NCBI GenBank assembly: GCA_017499595.2 | Contig: CM039005.1 | Coordinates: 558,001 to 622,000 of the forward strand | Length of the DNA: 64,000 bases | Direction of reading: 5' to 3' | Source of the DNA: Psilocybe cubensis | Lineage: Eukaryota | Part shown: one piece after another, positions 40,936 to 55,244 of the stretch | Layout of the letters: each line of letters begins with the position of its first letter | How positions within the stretch are numbered: the first letter of the stretch is position 1 | Notes under the pieces: model-generated | What the model was told of the DNA's origin: nothing | Databases searched by the model: none | Seen by the model: the letters and a program-made list of their open reading frames with translations, nothing else | Program-made: the position numbers and the translations under genes

Positions 40936-43900
40936 GGGTACAAAGTAGATGGATAAAAAAAACCCAATATCAGAGTTCTCTTTATACCTTTTTCACCCCA
41001 AACTTTTTCAAAGCCCGCTCTCAGTCACGTAGCAACACTTCTTTCTAGCTTCATCATTTTTACTAGCTTCGCTTCCGAATATTTCCTCATGCCATAACTT
41101 TGCATAATAGGAGACCTTTACATCCCTTTCTCCACTCCCTCAAACGTGGAATATCAAGCCACAGTGCACCACAAGGCACAAAACTCACTCGCCAAGTCGC
41201 AATTGGCTCAAATTCATGTCCCGTGCAGTAAAAAACCTCACTCCTATCAAGTGAAAATTGTTACGCCATTTTGTAATACCACGTACTAATCTTTGGTAAA
41301 GGTCCTCGTTTCAATTTCTACAGCACATCTAGCTCTGATTTCAATGCAGTAATAGCGTTATCTTCTCCCCAAAGTATTTTTTGGGATTACTTGCTGCAGA
41401 CCGGTCAATTCGAAAGCTATGTCATCACATTCAGACACTCTGCACAGGATGCGCTGACGCTGATGCTGCAGACTCTGCGCAAACGATGTGCTTACGCTAA
41501 CGCTACAGAGTCTGCGCACACAATGCGCTGACGCTGACTCTGTGCACAGGATGCGCTGCCGCTGACTCTGTACACACGATGCGCTGGCACTTGGTATTAC
41601 AACATCGGCTCGCCGGCGTTCACAAGCCCAGGAACGAGATCACAACTTCCGACGCTCTAGCCTCGTTTAACTAATCGTTAAATCTACGACAAATCGCCCA
41701 CAGGATCACGATCTACGCGTGTTCATTAGGACCCTGCCCTAATTCCCCACAGGTGCGTCATCATTCCACTCTAGGTTTAGTTTGCATCTCAGGAACACAA
41801 ATTCGACTGTAAAGTCTATTTTTCACCTCCGTTCCGAGTCGACGTCATTCACGACAACAACAGTTGGTTCGACTTTGCGAGAGATGTTGGTATTTCGGAT
41901 ATGTTTACAACAGTACGTCCTTTGAGTCCTGGTTACTAATCTCACGGGTGACGGAATCATTCGAAAATTAGACACTTCCTTCAAACGCAGGTGCGTGCCA
42001 AAGCCGACATCCCACTCTATCGATACATCTCGTCTTACTCGTAACCCACTATTTTGAAGTGTTCCGTTCCATTTGACTTTGAGACTAGCGCGTCAGATAA
42101 TCGGGAGTTGCTATATTCGAGTGCGCCCGAAAACACATCTATGCAACAACGTCAAGGCCAGTACTCTGACGTACCGCATTTGTTATCTCACCTTTTGCTT
42201 GTGTAGACGTGCTATGACCTCAACGTAGACATTCAGGAGGTGATTTACGGTGACAACTCACCTTCATTCCAACATTTCCCCAGTTCAAATTCGCATGTCA
42301 ACCACGGCGCGGATACCTCCTCGTCTCCCGATTCGTCATTCTAGCGCGTTGCAACCGTCTCATATACCTCGCTTCCAAGAATAGGCTAGTCTAGACTAGT
42401 CGGTAACGACAGCCGGAAGCTCGCAAAACTGAGCAACCAATATGAATGTGCTGCAGAACACACATACGTGGCAGCCGTTCCCGCGCCGTTTATCACTTTT
42501 TCGAGGTTTCAGGGCTTTCTGGGTACTGTATAATGTAGTATATCCCACGCCAAGCGTGTTTGTAGGTCCTTTGGCAGCGTGAAGTTGAGATAATCAAAAA
42601 TACATCCGGGGCATCTCAGGAGAGATTCAAACACAAAAACAAGCGTTTGCGAGGCTTTGAAATCACCGTGAAGATCGATAATGACTACCTAGATAATCTA
42701 TAATGTGTATACGTCATGACGAATGCAGTAAACTAAGAGTACGGGTAACATTTCAAGCCACAGATGTTAAGCGCCCAAGCAAACAGCTTCACGCAGACTG
42801 TAAATTAGCAAAACACATCGATTCCAATGCTCTATAGACACACCTCGCATACCATACATATCTCAGAGTACACTATAAGACATACATACACTCACATATC
42901 TCGTCAACGAACCGTCAAGTCCACAACCTCACACTCACGTACCTCCTCCGGCCCCCAATCCGCATTCCAGCCCATTTCCACTGCTTCCTTTCATTTCGGG
43001 GCATCATCCCCACTAGCATAAGACTACTCGGCTGCGGCACGGAGCGTTCCAAGACCTAGAAGCAGGACAGAAATGAGTTGCAGTGTAATGCGTCTCGAGG
43101 GAGGATATGTACGTGGCATGCGATTCTGCGTCGTTTGCGCGTTTTAAGCGGGTTGGGGTGCTTTTACTGGGTGATATGGGTTAGGTGTGTATGGGGTAAA
43201 GCTTGAAAGTACATCAGGGAACCTACAATTGAGTTTATGCGTGTATGTGATGTCGTTGTTCAAATTCGCTTTAGGAAACGTACATTTGCGAATTGGGCCG
43301 TTTTGAGGTATTCAGATGCTACAGTACTGTTTAAAATAGGGGTATATATTCATATTTATGCTTACCTGAGTAAGTACAAAGTGGAAATTTCAAAGATTTG
43401 CAGCGATGAACCCTTAAGCGCCGAAAGCGTTGAATCGCAAATACAACAAATAAACGCACCAAACACACGATGGTGGACCACTAACACGCATGATACACTC
43501 ACCCCTATACCATACAGCCCATTCTTCGACTCCAAAACTCCAACATCGCAAACCCAACTCACCGGACACAACACTCCTCCTCCTCGTCCGAATCTCCATT
43601 CAACCTCATTCCAACCACCTTCTTTCTCTTCACCCCTGCACGCCCACTAGCTCCAGACCCCTCGGCTATCCTAACGTAACGTACTAACGGCGATTACTGA
43701 ATTTTTTCTGCCAGTAGAAGAAGAAGCATTCTGTAGAGTCCGAGAGACGTTATACGTTGTTTTAATGCAAATTCGATGGAATACGTACATTGGGGGGGTT
43801 GTAATGGTGCATAGGAGCCCCTGAGTAATCGAACTGAAAGTGAGTGAACGTTGGAACCAAGTCTGAACGTCGACGAAAGTTTGTGCAAGTCGGATTTCAC

Positions 43901-46178
43901 ATCAAGACAAGAAAACACAGAAACGCACAAAAGTACTATTACCATCTTCAACAAACGGACACCAGCATTGCTCTGCACCACTAACATTGTCTTAAAGTAC
44001 ATTCTTCACGAAACAAAATCCTAGATATTCCACACACAAAGACAGAGCGTTGACCCGATACACACCCAAGAACCCCCTCCTCCTCCCCAAAATCGCAAAA
44101 TCACCTCATCCCAATACGTTTTCCTGGCTCTTCGGCTCCGGAACGGTATTCAAATCCAAATTGCGTAAACCAACTAAAAAGCGGCGTCTCATTTGAGAAG
44201 AATTAGAATGCCTGTGTTGCAACGCGAAATCAGAACAAACCATTGGAGAGATAACGGGTATGCGTACGTACGTTTGCTGTTCCCGAGTCAATTACTAGTT
44301 TATGCAATTCGATTAATGCATGGGTGAATGTGTGTTGACGATCTACGATACGAGTTGGAATTCACTTGATGCAAGGTAGATGATACTCGAGTCTAAAGTT
44401 CTGTGAGCCGCAAACCAAAAACGATTTGAATTTGAATCTCACATCTCGGACACCAATGTAAATTCAAAGCAACACAACAATACCTCCAACACGAAACAGA
44501 TAACAAACCCATTCGATCAATAGCACATTGCGTAAACGCACTAGCAACTATACCGATGAACCGCGAACCGAGAGAAAGACACAAAAAAAAAACATTGCAA
44601 AGACGTAACGTTATGGACGTACAGGGGCAGCAGGTGTATAAAAAGGACACGGACTAACGGGCTTTTTTCCTCATCCCCTCTCCTCTCCTCTTCTCACATT
44701 CTCTTCTCCCGCTCTCCGCTCAATGCCCTTGTCAGCCCGCCCCTCTCCAACATCCTACACTCGCACTGCACTGCCAATGGACGGGAACGCACCGGTACGA
44801 GTCAACGTGCCCACGACGCCGTGAGTATTCCCCATCCCTCCCCTGAGCTGCGCCACGTCTGACCCTCCCTTCGCAGGAACACGTTTGACGACGAGTAGAG
44901 GATCTGGGAGGTAGAGGTCGGAGTCGGCGACGCGCCATAAATGCCACGCTGGCATGTCGACCGGGGCATCGAGGGCAGCGCACGGTGAGCCTCTAACATT
45001 TGTTTTCGCATCACACTCCGCCAAACCGCCTTTCTCTGCAGGTTGCCACGCCATCGAGACGACGCGGGACTCGAATGCGCGTGCTCAGCGAGCTTGAGGA
45101 CGGGGTAAGTAAATGCATTATTCGACGGGTATCATTGTTGACTGACCTGGACACGCAGAACCTTGCATGTGTGTTCCCAAGAGTCGGACACGTCGTCGAA
45201 ACTGTAAGTCAGTCCACACTCGTCAGCAACCGCCTGTGATTGACAACCGCTGCATCAAGACCTGCGCCTGCTCAGCGAGCTTGAGGACGGAGTAAGTAAA
45301 CAAGCTATTCAACATGGAACACTGCTGACTGACCTGGACACGCAGAACGACCTTGAATCCGTGTTCCCGAGCGGCGGAAACGCTGTCGAAAGTGAGTGCA
45401 TGCTTTGTTCGTCAGACCGCCCGTGATTGACCACCCAATACCAAGGCCGTATCGATTGGGGGGCAGGGAACAATGAGACCTATGCAAAAGTAAGTTGTCG
45501 TGTCGTTCACCGTGAACCAGCCTGAACTAACCTGACCTAGACACACAGAGCACCCCCAATCTATTCAAAGGCCTACATCCGTTCAACCGGTGCAGCTCGA
45601 CACATGCGCTCCGCTCGTTGTGAATCGCCCCTTGACAGCCCGCCTTGCTGCGGATTCCAGTACGCGATTGGGGAATGGACTGGACGCGGTGGTGATGTGG
45701 TGGATGTGTGAGTACGCTGAGATGTTAGTAGGGAATGACTTGGAATGACCACACACAAGTACAGGTTGTGGTGTTGCCGTGGTTTCGCATCGGCCGCATA
45801 TACCGTGGAGATGTGGAGGGAGGTGCCTAGTCGGTGTCCTAAGGATGCCATTGCAGGTTAGTTGACCCGTTGTTCAACGCGAGTCATGTCAAACTTACCT
45901 GAGATGTACATTGCAGGTCTGCGCTACCCTAAAATCTGGCTCTCCAATATCCCAGGCGGCACTCCTGTTGAATGCGAGTCGGGAACGCCGCAGCAAGGTA
46001 CGTGACTCGTGTTCTGAACAGTTGTGACTGGGGTATAACGCGTTGTTGATAGGGTGGTGCTGATGGAAAGGATAACAGCAGGCAAGGGCATTCGTATCGA
46101 CGCGTATGTCCCATATACGGGCAATGTCGATTCATAGCGGGAGCCGCTGCCTGATTGCCTGCTCCCGTGCATTCGCCT

Positions 46179-46750
46179 TCAAACACGCTGAGACGCAGCT
46201 CCGCCCGCGTGCTGTCCCTCCATCGGCTCCCCTCCCTCCCCCGCCTGCTCTCCCTCATTCTCCCCCAACCCCCCCTCCTCCGGATCCAACCAACTCTCCT
46301 CAACCGTCACCTTGACCCTCCTCACATACTCCTTCATATTTTCCCTATACAACTGCGCCGCCTCCGCATTCGCCGGGCTATTCGGGTTCGGATCATGCAG
46401 CAAGCTCTGTATACTCGTCAATATCGCCGCGACGTCGTATGTGGGCGACCACCGGTTTTGCAGGATGTCGAGGCAGAGCTCGCTGTTCGCGTAGACGTTG
46501 GGGTGGAACATCGGGTAGGACTCGTCGAATGTGAGGAGGAGCTTGAATGTGCCGTCTTCGAAGGGGGTGTCGCCTGTTGATAGGTGAGTGGCTGGGGGTG
46601 AGTGGGGAGAGGAAACGCACCTGGCCCGAAGATGACAGCGTTCCAGAGCATAATATTGTCGGGGAGCGGACTGCCCGAGATCCCGCCTGGCGGGTCGGAC
46701 GAGAGGCGCTTGAAGTCCCGGATGAGCCGTTTCTTGCAGTTCGTCGACAT
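46179..46750 (-). pseudogene. RAD6: Rad6/Ubc2 copy 6 with a 33-bp in-frame deletion (residues 65-75, [11 protein letters not shown]); probably non-functional
   Basis: The junction GGAACATC|GGGTAGG at 46512/46513 gives ESYP|MFHPN. This removes the conserved YPxxPP-V-F segment of the UBC fold while the ORF stays open. Confidence 0.8.
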
Positions 46751-48053
46751 TGTTTGCTGAGTAAGATTGGGTCAAGTAATTCGGGTGGCTTTGGTTAAAG
46801 CGAGAGAGGGAGGTGTGGTCGTGTCTGAATCGCGTGCTGTTAATGAGGGCACTGCGACTGTCGTCGTACACGTCGTCTCGTATGTGGTATGCGGTATTCT
46901 AATGATGGTATGCGATATGGATTGTAAAACCTGCAAACCCAACTTTAATTGTATCTTCCCCTACCAAACCACCCTCAAAACATACCTTTGTACGTGCGTA
47001 TATGCAAGCGTAAAGTCGTCTCAGGCGGCTGGTATGAAGAAACAAGCAAGTCAGTCTAACTCAGAAGCAGTGGCAGTGGCAGGCCTCCTCATGTCACGCC
47101 CACTGACCGTGACCTGACTCCGCCGCATCTAATCTGGAAACAAACAATAGCAACAACAATCACTCTGCCGAAATGCCGCAAGTTGACTTTGTCGTTGTAA
47201 GTATTTCATTCATCCACAACGGTTGCCCTGAACGATGAGGACGCTCTTTCACTCGCAACGGCGCTTGTTCGATTCCCCGCACCCATTGCGCTGTGTCCTG
47301 ATTGCCCCCGCCGCCTGCTACAATCTTCAAAGTAGTCAACGTATCACTGTGATTTGACTTTGCCCTCGCCTACGGTCTGGTAAGCATACCACACACTGCA
47401 AAGTGCAAAGTGCGGACCACCGGACCCGACGCGCTCGTGCCTGTTTGGCCTCTACCGTGTCCGCGTCCATCAGCCCACACATGCACACACGCGCTATGCA
47501 AACATCACACCGGCACCCCTGACTCAACCCAACTCCCGCGTTCCAATGCGTTGAGATTTGCACTGTGTAGCGTATCTCGAGAACCACAGGGTATAGCACA
47601 ACGACTCTCGATGTCTCAGGGATGCTTACTCTGAGCGCAACAATTCTCAATGACAGAGACAAAGCAGGACATTTTTTGTATTTTAAGAACACACTTTTGT
47701 AAAATTCTAACCAAAAAAGGCAAAATCTATTTATAACTGAAAAAAAGAGCCTTGTCCACAATGTCCAACCCTCTTCTGGTAACAAACTTCAAGGGTTTCC
47801 CCTCCCCCGAAGGGCAGAGAAACAAAGTGACGGGGTGAGGTCCCCCGACACATGGTGGGTTAGTAGCAGAAACAGCGGGAAGGGGCATAAAAAGTCAGTG
47901 GGGCAAGTCCATAGCCCTACCGTAAAGCTCCGAAAACATACCTAAGCAGGTTTCTAGATAAATACAAGTCTGCGAGAGATTCAGAATACAACTTACTTGG
48001 TAAAGTTTTTGTCATTCAATGGATGCAACGGCAGCAGGCGGCATCGGTGTCAA

Positions 48054-49378
48054 CTACAATCAAAGTCAGTCACAGTCTATTCAAAGTACAATTCTACAGA
48101 CTTACCATTCCGAATCTCGCTCGACAGACGGAAATACATAGCGTCGAGGGTTTTTGCTTGTAAGAAATTTCTAGAGTCAAAGTTAGCAGTAGTTTAGGGA
48201 AAGTAAAATCAAGCCCACGTACCAACTATCGTGTCAAAGCACTCGTGCAGATGCCCCATCCTGCTCGTCGGACGTCGATATATGGTCTCAAGGTAAATCT
48301 AGAGCCAAGGTCAGTAAAAATCCAATAAATGAATGCCATACATACATACCTCAACGGGCACACAGCTAACAACGCCTGCTCGGCGGACGGCGATACGTCG
48401 TGTCAAGGCAAAATCTAGGGTCACGGGTCAGTGATAATTAATGCAAACCAAGTTGAAGTACACTTACCACTTGGTGTAGATCCTCACACTCGGTCGGCGG
48501 ACGTCGATACATCATGTCAAAGCAAAATCTAGGGTCACGGTCAGCTTTAATTAATGCAAAGCATGTCGAAGTACACATACCACGGGTTTTAGATCCCCAC
48601 ACTCGGTCGGCGGACGTCGATACATTGTGTCAAAGCGAATCTAGGGTCAAGGTCAGTCTTTGTACATTAAATAAAACTAAAACACACATACCTATGCACC
48701 AGAGGTCCAATCCCGGTCAGCGGACGGCGATACGTCGTGTCAAAGTCTAGAGTCAGAGTCAGTCTCTGTACATTAAATAAAAGTAAACCACACATACCTG
48801 TACACCAGAGGTCCAACCCCGCTTGGCGGACGTCGATACGTCATGTCAGAGCAAATCGGGGTCACCCAGACATCCAATCCCACTCGGCGGACGTCGATAC
48901 GTTGTGTCAGAGCAAATCTGAGGTCAAGGTCAGTGTGAGTACATATCATAAAAGTAATACACACATACCTGAAGACCAGAGGTCCAATCCCGCTCGCCGG
49001 ACGTCGATACGTCGTGTCAGAGCAATATCTAAGGCCAGGGTTAGTCACAACTTGTTCAACGAATGCTACAGCACACTTACCACAATAGTGAGGAGGCAGG
49101 TAACAGGCGCGCTCGGCGGACGGCGATACGTCGTGTCAGGACTAAATCTTGGGATAAAATCAGTCTCCGTTTGGTAAATAAATGATACACAACTTACCAG
49201 CTCGCCGGAACGCGATACATAGCGTCGGGCTATGTTAACAGGGCATAAATCCTTGGATCAAAGTCAGTCTCACTTCTTCAACAAACATCACAGCACATAC
49301 CAGGTCGGCGGAACACGATATATAGTGTCGAAGCAATTCCATGTCGAGAGGGGTAGCACACCACCATACTGACAGCAT
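48054..49378 (-). ncRNA. Exon-intron module array, unit 6
   Basis: Copy of 5704-7028 (+42350), with a G>A at 48126. Confidence 0.6.
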
Positions 49379-52300
49379 GGGTACAAAGTAGATGGATAAA
49401 AAAAACCCAATATCAGAGTTCTCTTTATACCTTTTTCACCCCAAACTTTTTCAAAGCCCGCTCTCAGTCACGTAGCAACACTTCTTTCTAGCTTCATCAT
49501 TTTTACTAGCTTCGCTTCCGAATATTTCCTCATGCCATAACTTTGCATAATAGGAGACCTTTACATCCCTTTCTCCACTCCCTCAAACGTGGAATATCAA
49601 GCCACAGTGCACCACAAGGCACAAAACTCACTCGCCAAGTCGCAATTGGCTCAAATTCATGTCCCGTGCAGTAAAAAACCTCACTCCTATCAAGTGAAAA
49701 TTGTTACGCCATTTTGTAATACCACGTACTAATCTTTGGTAAAGGTCCTCGTTTCAATTTCTACAGCACATCTAGCTCTGATTTCAATGCAGTAATAGCG
49801 TTATCTTCTCCCCAAAGTATTTTTTGGGATTACTTGCTGCAGACCGGTCAATTCGAAAGCTATGTCATCACATTCAGACACTCTGCACAGGATGCGCTGA
49901 CGCTGATGCTGCAGACTCTGCGCAAACGATGTGCTTACGCTAACGCTACAGAGTCTGCGCACACAATGCGCTGACGCTGACTCTGTGCACAGGATGCGCT
50001 GCCGCTGACTCTGTACACACGATGCGCTGGCACTTGGTATTACAACATCGGCTCGCCGGCGTTCACAAGCCCAGGAACGAGATCACAACTTCCGACGCTC
50101 TAGCCTCGTTTAACTAATCGTTAAATCTACGACAAATCGCCCACAGGATCGCGATCTACGCGTGTTCATTAGGACCCTGCCCTAATTCCCCACAGGTGCG
50201 TCATCATTCCACTCTAGGTTTAGTTTGCATCTCAGGAACACAAAGTCGACTGTAAAGTCTAATTTTCACCTCCGTTCCGAGTCGACGTCATTCACGACAA
50301 CAACAATTGGTTCGACTTTGCGAGAGATGTTGGAATTTCGGATATATTTATCACAGTACGTCCTGCGAGTTCTTGTTGCCGCTATTCTCACGGGTTACGA
50401 AATCACTCGAAAATTAGACACTTCCTTCAAACGCAGGTGCGTGTCGAAGCCGACAACCCACTGGACCGACACATCTCGTCTTGCCCGTAAGCCGCTCCTT
50501 TGTAGTCTTCCGTTCCCGTTGACTTTGAATGAAACGGACTAGCGCAGAGTTGCTAGATTCGAGTGCGCCCGAAAACACATCTATGCGACAACGTCAAGGC
50601 AAGTAATCTGACGCACCGCATTCGTTATCTCACCTTTTGCTTGTGTAGACGTGCTATGACCTCAACGTAGACATTCAGGAGGTGATTTACGGTGAGAACT
50701 CACCTTCATTCCAACATATCCCCAGTTCAAATTCGCATAAACCACGGCGCGGATACCTCCTCGTCTCCCGATTCGTCATTCCAGCGCGTTGGAACCGTCT
50801 CATTTACCTCGCTTCCAAGAATAGGCTAGTCCAAATTGCCTAGACTAGTCGGTAACGACAGCCGGAAGCTCGCACAACTGAGCAACCATCTGCAGAACAC
50901 ACATACGTGGCAGCCGTTCCCGCGCCGTTTATCACTTTTTTGAGGTTTCAGGGCTTTCTGGGTACTGTCTAATGTAGTGTATCCCACGCCAAGCGTGTTT
51001 GTAGGTCGTTTGGCAGCGTGAAGTTGAGATAATCAAAAATACATCCGGGGCATCTCAGGAGAGATTCAAACACAAAAACAAGCGTTTGCGAGGCTTTGAA
51101 ATCACCGTGAATATAGATAATGGCTACCTAGATAATATACACTGTGTAATTATGATGACAAATGAAGTAAACTAAGAGGATGGGTAACCACAGATGTTAA
51201 GCGCCCAAGCAAACAGCTTCACGCATACTGTAAATGAGCAAAATACATCGATTCCAATGCTCTACAGACACACCTCGCATACCATACATATCTCAGAGTA
51301 CACTATAAGACATACATAAACTCACATATCTCGTCAACGAACCACCAACTCCACAACCTCACACTCACGTACCTCCTCCGGCCCCAAATCCGCATTCCAG
51401 CCCATTTCCACTGCTTCCTTTCATTTCGGGGCATCATCCCCACTAGCATAAGACTACTCGGCTGCGGCACGGAGCGTTCCGAGGCCTAGAAGCAGGACAG
51501 AAATGAGTTGCAGTGTAATGCGTCTCGAGGGAGGATACGTACGTGGCATGCGATTCTGCGTCGTTTGCGCGTTTTAAGCGGGTTGGGGTGCTTTTACTGG
51601 GTGATATGGGTTAGATGTGTATGGGGTAAAGCTTGAGAGTACGTCAGGGAGCCTACAATTCAGTGTATGCGTGTATGTGATGTCGTTGTTCAAATTCGCT
51701 TTAGGAAACGTACATTTGCGAATTGGGCCGTTTTGAGGTATTCAGATGCTACAGTACTGTTTAAAATAGGGGTATATATTCATATTTATGCTTACCAGAG
51801 TAAGTACGAAGTGGAAATTTCAAAGATTCGTAGTGATACCTCTTAAGCGCCGAAAGCGTTGAATCACAAATACCACGAATAAACGCACCAAGCACACAAC
51901 GGTGGATCAATAACAGGCTTAACACACTCACCCCTATACCATACAGCCCATTCTTCGACTCCAAAACTCCAACATTGCAAACCCAACTCACCGGACACAA
52001 CACTGCTCCTCCTCATCCGAATCTCCATTCAACCTCATTCCAAACGTCTTCTTTCTCTATCCCTGCACGACCACTAGCTCCAGACCCCTCGGCTATCCTA
52101 ACGTAACGTACTAACGGCGATTACTGAATTTTTCTTTTTTTTTGCCAGTAGAAGAAGAAGCATTCTGTAGAGTCCGAGAGACGTTATACGTTGTTTTAAT
52201 GCAAATTCGATGGAATACGTACATTGGGGGGGTTGGAATGGTGCATAGGAGCCCCTGAGTAATCGAACTGAAAGTGAGTGAACGTTTGAGCCAAGTCTGA

Positions 52301-53090
52301 ACGTCAAGGAAAGTTTGTGCAAGTCGGATTTCACATCAAGACAAGAAAACACAGAAACGCACGAAAGTACCATTACCATCTTCAACAAAAAGACACCGGC
52401 ATCGCTCTGCACCACTAACATTATCTTAAAGTACATCCTTCAGGAGACCAAACCCTCGATATTCCACACACAAAGACAGAGCGTTGACCCGATACACACC
52501 AAGAACCCCCTCCTCCTCCCCAAAATCGTAAAATCACCTCATCCCAATACGTTTTCCTGGCTCTTCGGCTCCGGAACGGGTCTCCACCGCCTATCCTATT
52601 CGAATCCAAATTGCGTAAACCAACTAAAAAGCGGGGTCTCATTTGAGAAGAATTAGAATGCCTGTGTTGCAATGCGAAATCAGAACAAACCATTGGAGAG
52701 ATAACGGGTATGCGTACGTACGTTTGCTGTTCCCGAGTCGATTACTAGTTTATGCAATTCAGTTAACACATGAGTGAATGTGTGTTGACGATCTACGATA
52801 CGGGTTGGAATGCACTTGATGCAAGAGTGGATGATACTCGAGTCTTAAGATCTGTGAGCCGCAAACCAAAAACGATTTGAATTTGGATCTCACATCTCGG
52901 ACACCAATGTAAATTCAAAGTACCACTGCATTACCAGTCAAAAACGAAACAAATAACAAACCCGTTCGATCAATAGCACATTGCGTAACTGCACTAGCAA
53001 CTATACCGATGAACCGCGAACCGAGAGAAAGACACGAAAAAAAAAACCTTGCAAAGACGTAACGTTATGGACGTACAGGGGCAGCAGGTG

Positions 53091-54556
53091 TATAAAAAGG
53101 ACACGGACTAACGGGCTTTTTTCCTCATCCCCTCTCCTCTCCTCTTCTCACATTCTCTTCTCCCGCTCTCCGCTCAACGCCCTTGTCAGCCCGCCCCTCC
53201 CCGATATCCTACACTTGCACTGCACTGCCAATGGACGGGAACGCACCGGTACGAGTCAACGTGCCCACGACGCCGTGAGTATTCCCCATCCCTCCCCTAG
53301 CTGCGCCACGTCTGACCCTTCCCTTCGCAGGAACACGTTTGACGACGAGTAGAGGATCTGGGAGGTAGAGGTCGAAGTCAGCGACGCACCATAAATGCCA
53401 CGTTGGCATGTCGCCCGGGGTATTGAGGGCAGCGCACGGTGAGCTTCCAACATTCATTTTCGCATCACACTCCACAACTCCGCCTTTTTCTACAGGTTGC
53501 CACGCCATCGAGACGACGCGGGACTCGAATGCGCCTGCTCAGCGAGCTTGAGGACGAGGTAAGTAAATGCATTATTCAACGTGTATCATTGTTGACTGAT
53601 CTGGACACGCAGAACCTTGAATCCGTGTTCCCGAGCGGCGGACACGCTGTCGAAAGTGAGTCCGCGCTTTATTCGTCATACCGCCCGTGATTGACCACCC
53701 CTACATCAAGACCTGGGCCTGCTCAGCGAGCTTGAGGACGGAGTAAGTAAACAAGCTATTCAACATGGAACACCGCTGACTGACCTGGACACGCAGAACG
53801 ACCTTGAATCCGTGTTCCCGAGCGGCGGACACGCTGTCGAAAGGGTGAGTCCATGTTTTGTTCGTCAGACCGCCCGTGATTGACCACCTCTACCACAGGG
53901 CTGAATTGATTCGCTGTCAGAGAACACCCGAACCTATGCAAAAGTAAGTTGACGTACCGCTCACCGTGAATCAGGCTGAACTGACCTGGACACGCAGAGT
54001 ATCTGTGCTAGACCAGCTGCCCTCAATCCAGTCCAAGCAATCCGTTGTTGACCGATGGAATCGAAACGCGCGCTCGGTTCGCTGTGAACCCCGCCTTGTC
54101 ATCCCGCCTTGCTGCTGATTCCAGTACGCGATCGGGGAATGGACTGGACGCGGTGGTGATGTGATGGATGCGTGAATACACTGGAATGTTAGTCGGGAAT
54201 GGCTTGGACTGACCATGCCGTCGTCGCCAGAGACTACAGCCGTGGTGTAGGCATCGTTTCGCATCGGAGGCAGGGGCCTAGTCAACGTCCTTGGGGATAT
54301 CAATGCTGGTAAGTCGACCCATTGCTCGATGCGAGTCATGTCAAACTTACCTGAGATGTACATTGCAGGTCTGCGCTACCCTAAAATCTGGCTCTCCAAT
54401 ATCCCAGGCGGCACTCCTGTTGAATACAAGTCGGGAACGCCGCAGCAAGGTACGTGACTCGTGTTCTGAACAGTTGTGACTGGGGGAATAACGCGTTGTT
54501 GATAGGGTGGTGCTGATGGAAAGGGGATCGACGGGCAAGGGCATTCGTATCGACGC
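53091..54556 (+). ncRNA. Divergent allele of the plus-strand intron-dense unit (unit 7)
   Basis: Many substitutions relative to the other units, yet donors and acceptors are kept (e.g. GTGAGC...CTACAG, GTAAGT...ACGCAG, GTGAGT...CCACAG, GTAAGT...TTGCAG). Confidence 0.55.
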
Positions 54557-54615
54557 GTATGTCCCATATACGGGCAATGTCGATTCATAGCGGGAGCCGC
54601 TGCCTGCATTCGCCT

Positions 54616-55244
54616 TCAAACACGCTGAGACGCAGCTCCGCCCGCGTGCTGTCCCTCCATCGGCTCTCCTCCCTCCCTATCAACCTCGTCCATCTCCACC
54701 TCCCCTCCCTCCCCCTCACCCTCGCCCAAACCCCCCTCCTCCGGATCCAACCAACTCTCCTCAACCGTCACCTTGACCCTCCTCACATACTCCTTCATAT
54801 TCTCCCTATACAACTGTGCCGCCTCCGCATTCGCCGGGCTATTCGGGTTCGGATCATGCAGCAAGCTCTGTATACTCGTCAGTATCGCCGCGACGTCGTA
54901 CGTCGGCGACCACCGGTTCTGCAGGATGTCGAGGCAGAGCTCGCCGTTCGCGTAGACGTTGGGGTGGAACATCCGCGAGAGGAATTTGACGGTGGGGGGT
55001 TTGTTTGGGTAGGACTCGTCGAATGTGAGGAGGAGCTTGAATGTGCCGTCTTCGAAGGGGGTGTCGCCTGTTGATAGGTGAGTGGCTGGGGGTGAGTGGG
55101 GAGAGGAAACGCACCTGGGCCGAAGATGACAGCGTTCCAGAGCATAATATTGTCGGGGAGCGGACTGCCCGAGATCCCGCCTGGCGGGTCGGACGAGAGG
55201 CGCTTAAAGTCCCGGATCAGCCGTTTCTTGCAGTTCGTCGACAT
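54616..55244 (-). CDS. RAD6: Rad6/Ubc2 copy 7, divergent and canonical-like (193 aa; G85; longer acidic tail; intron 55114-55068)
   Basis: Reads [15 protein letters not shown], with tail [29 protein letters not shown]. About a dozen synonymous differences from the other copies (counted by eye). Confidence 0.97.
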
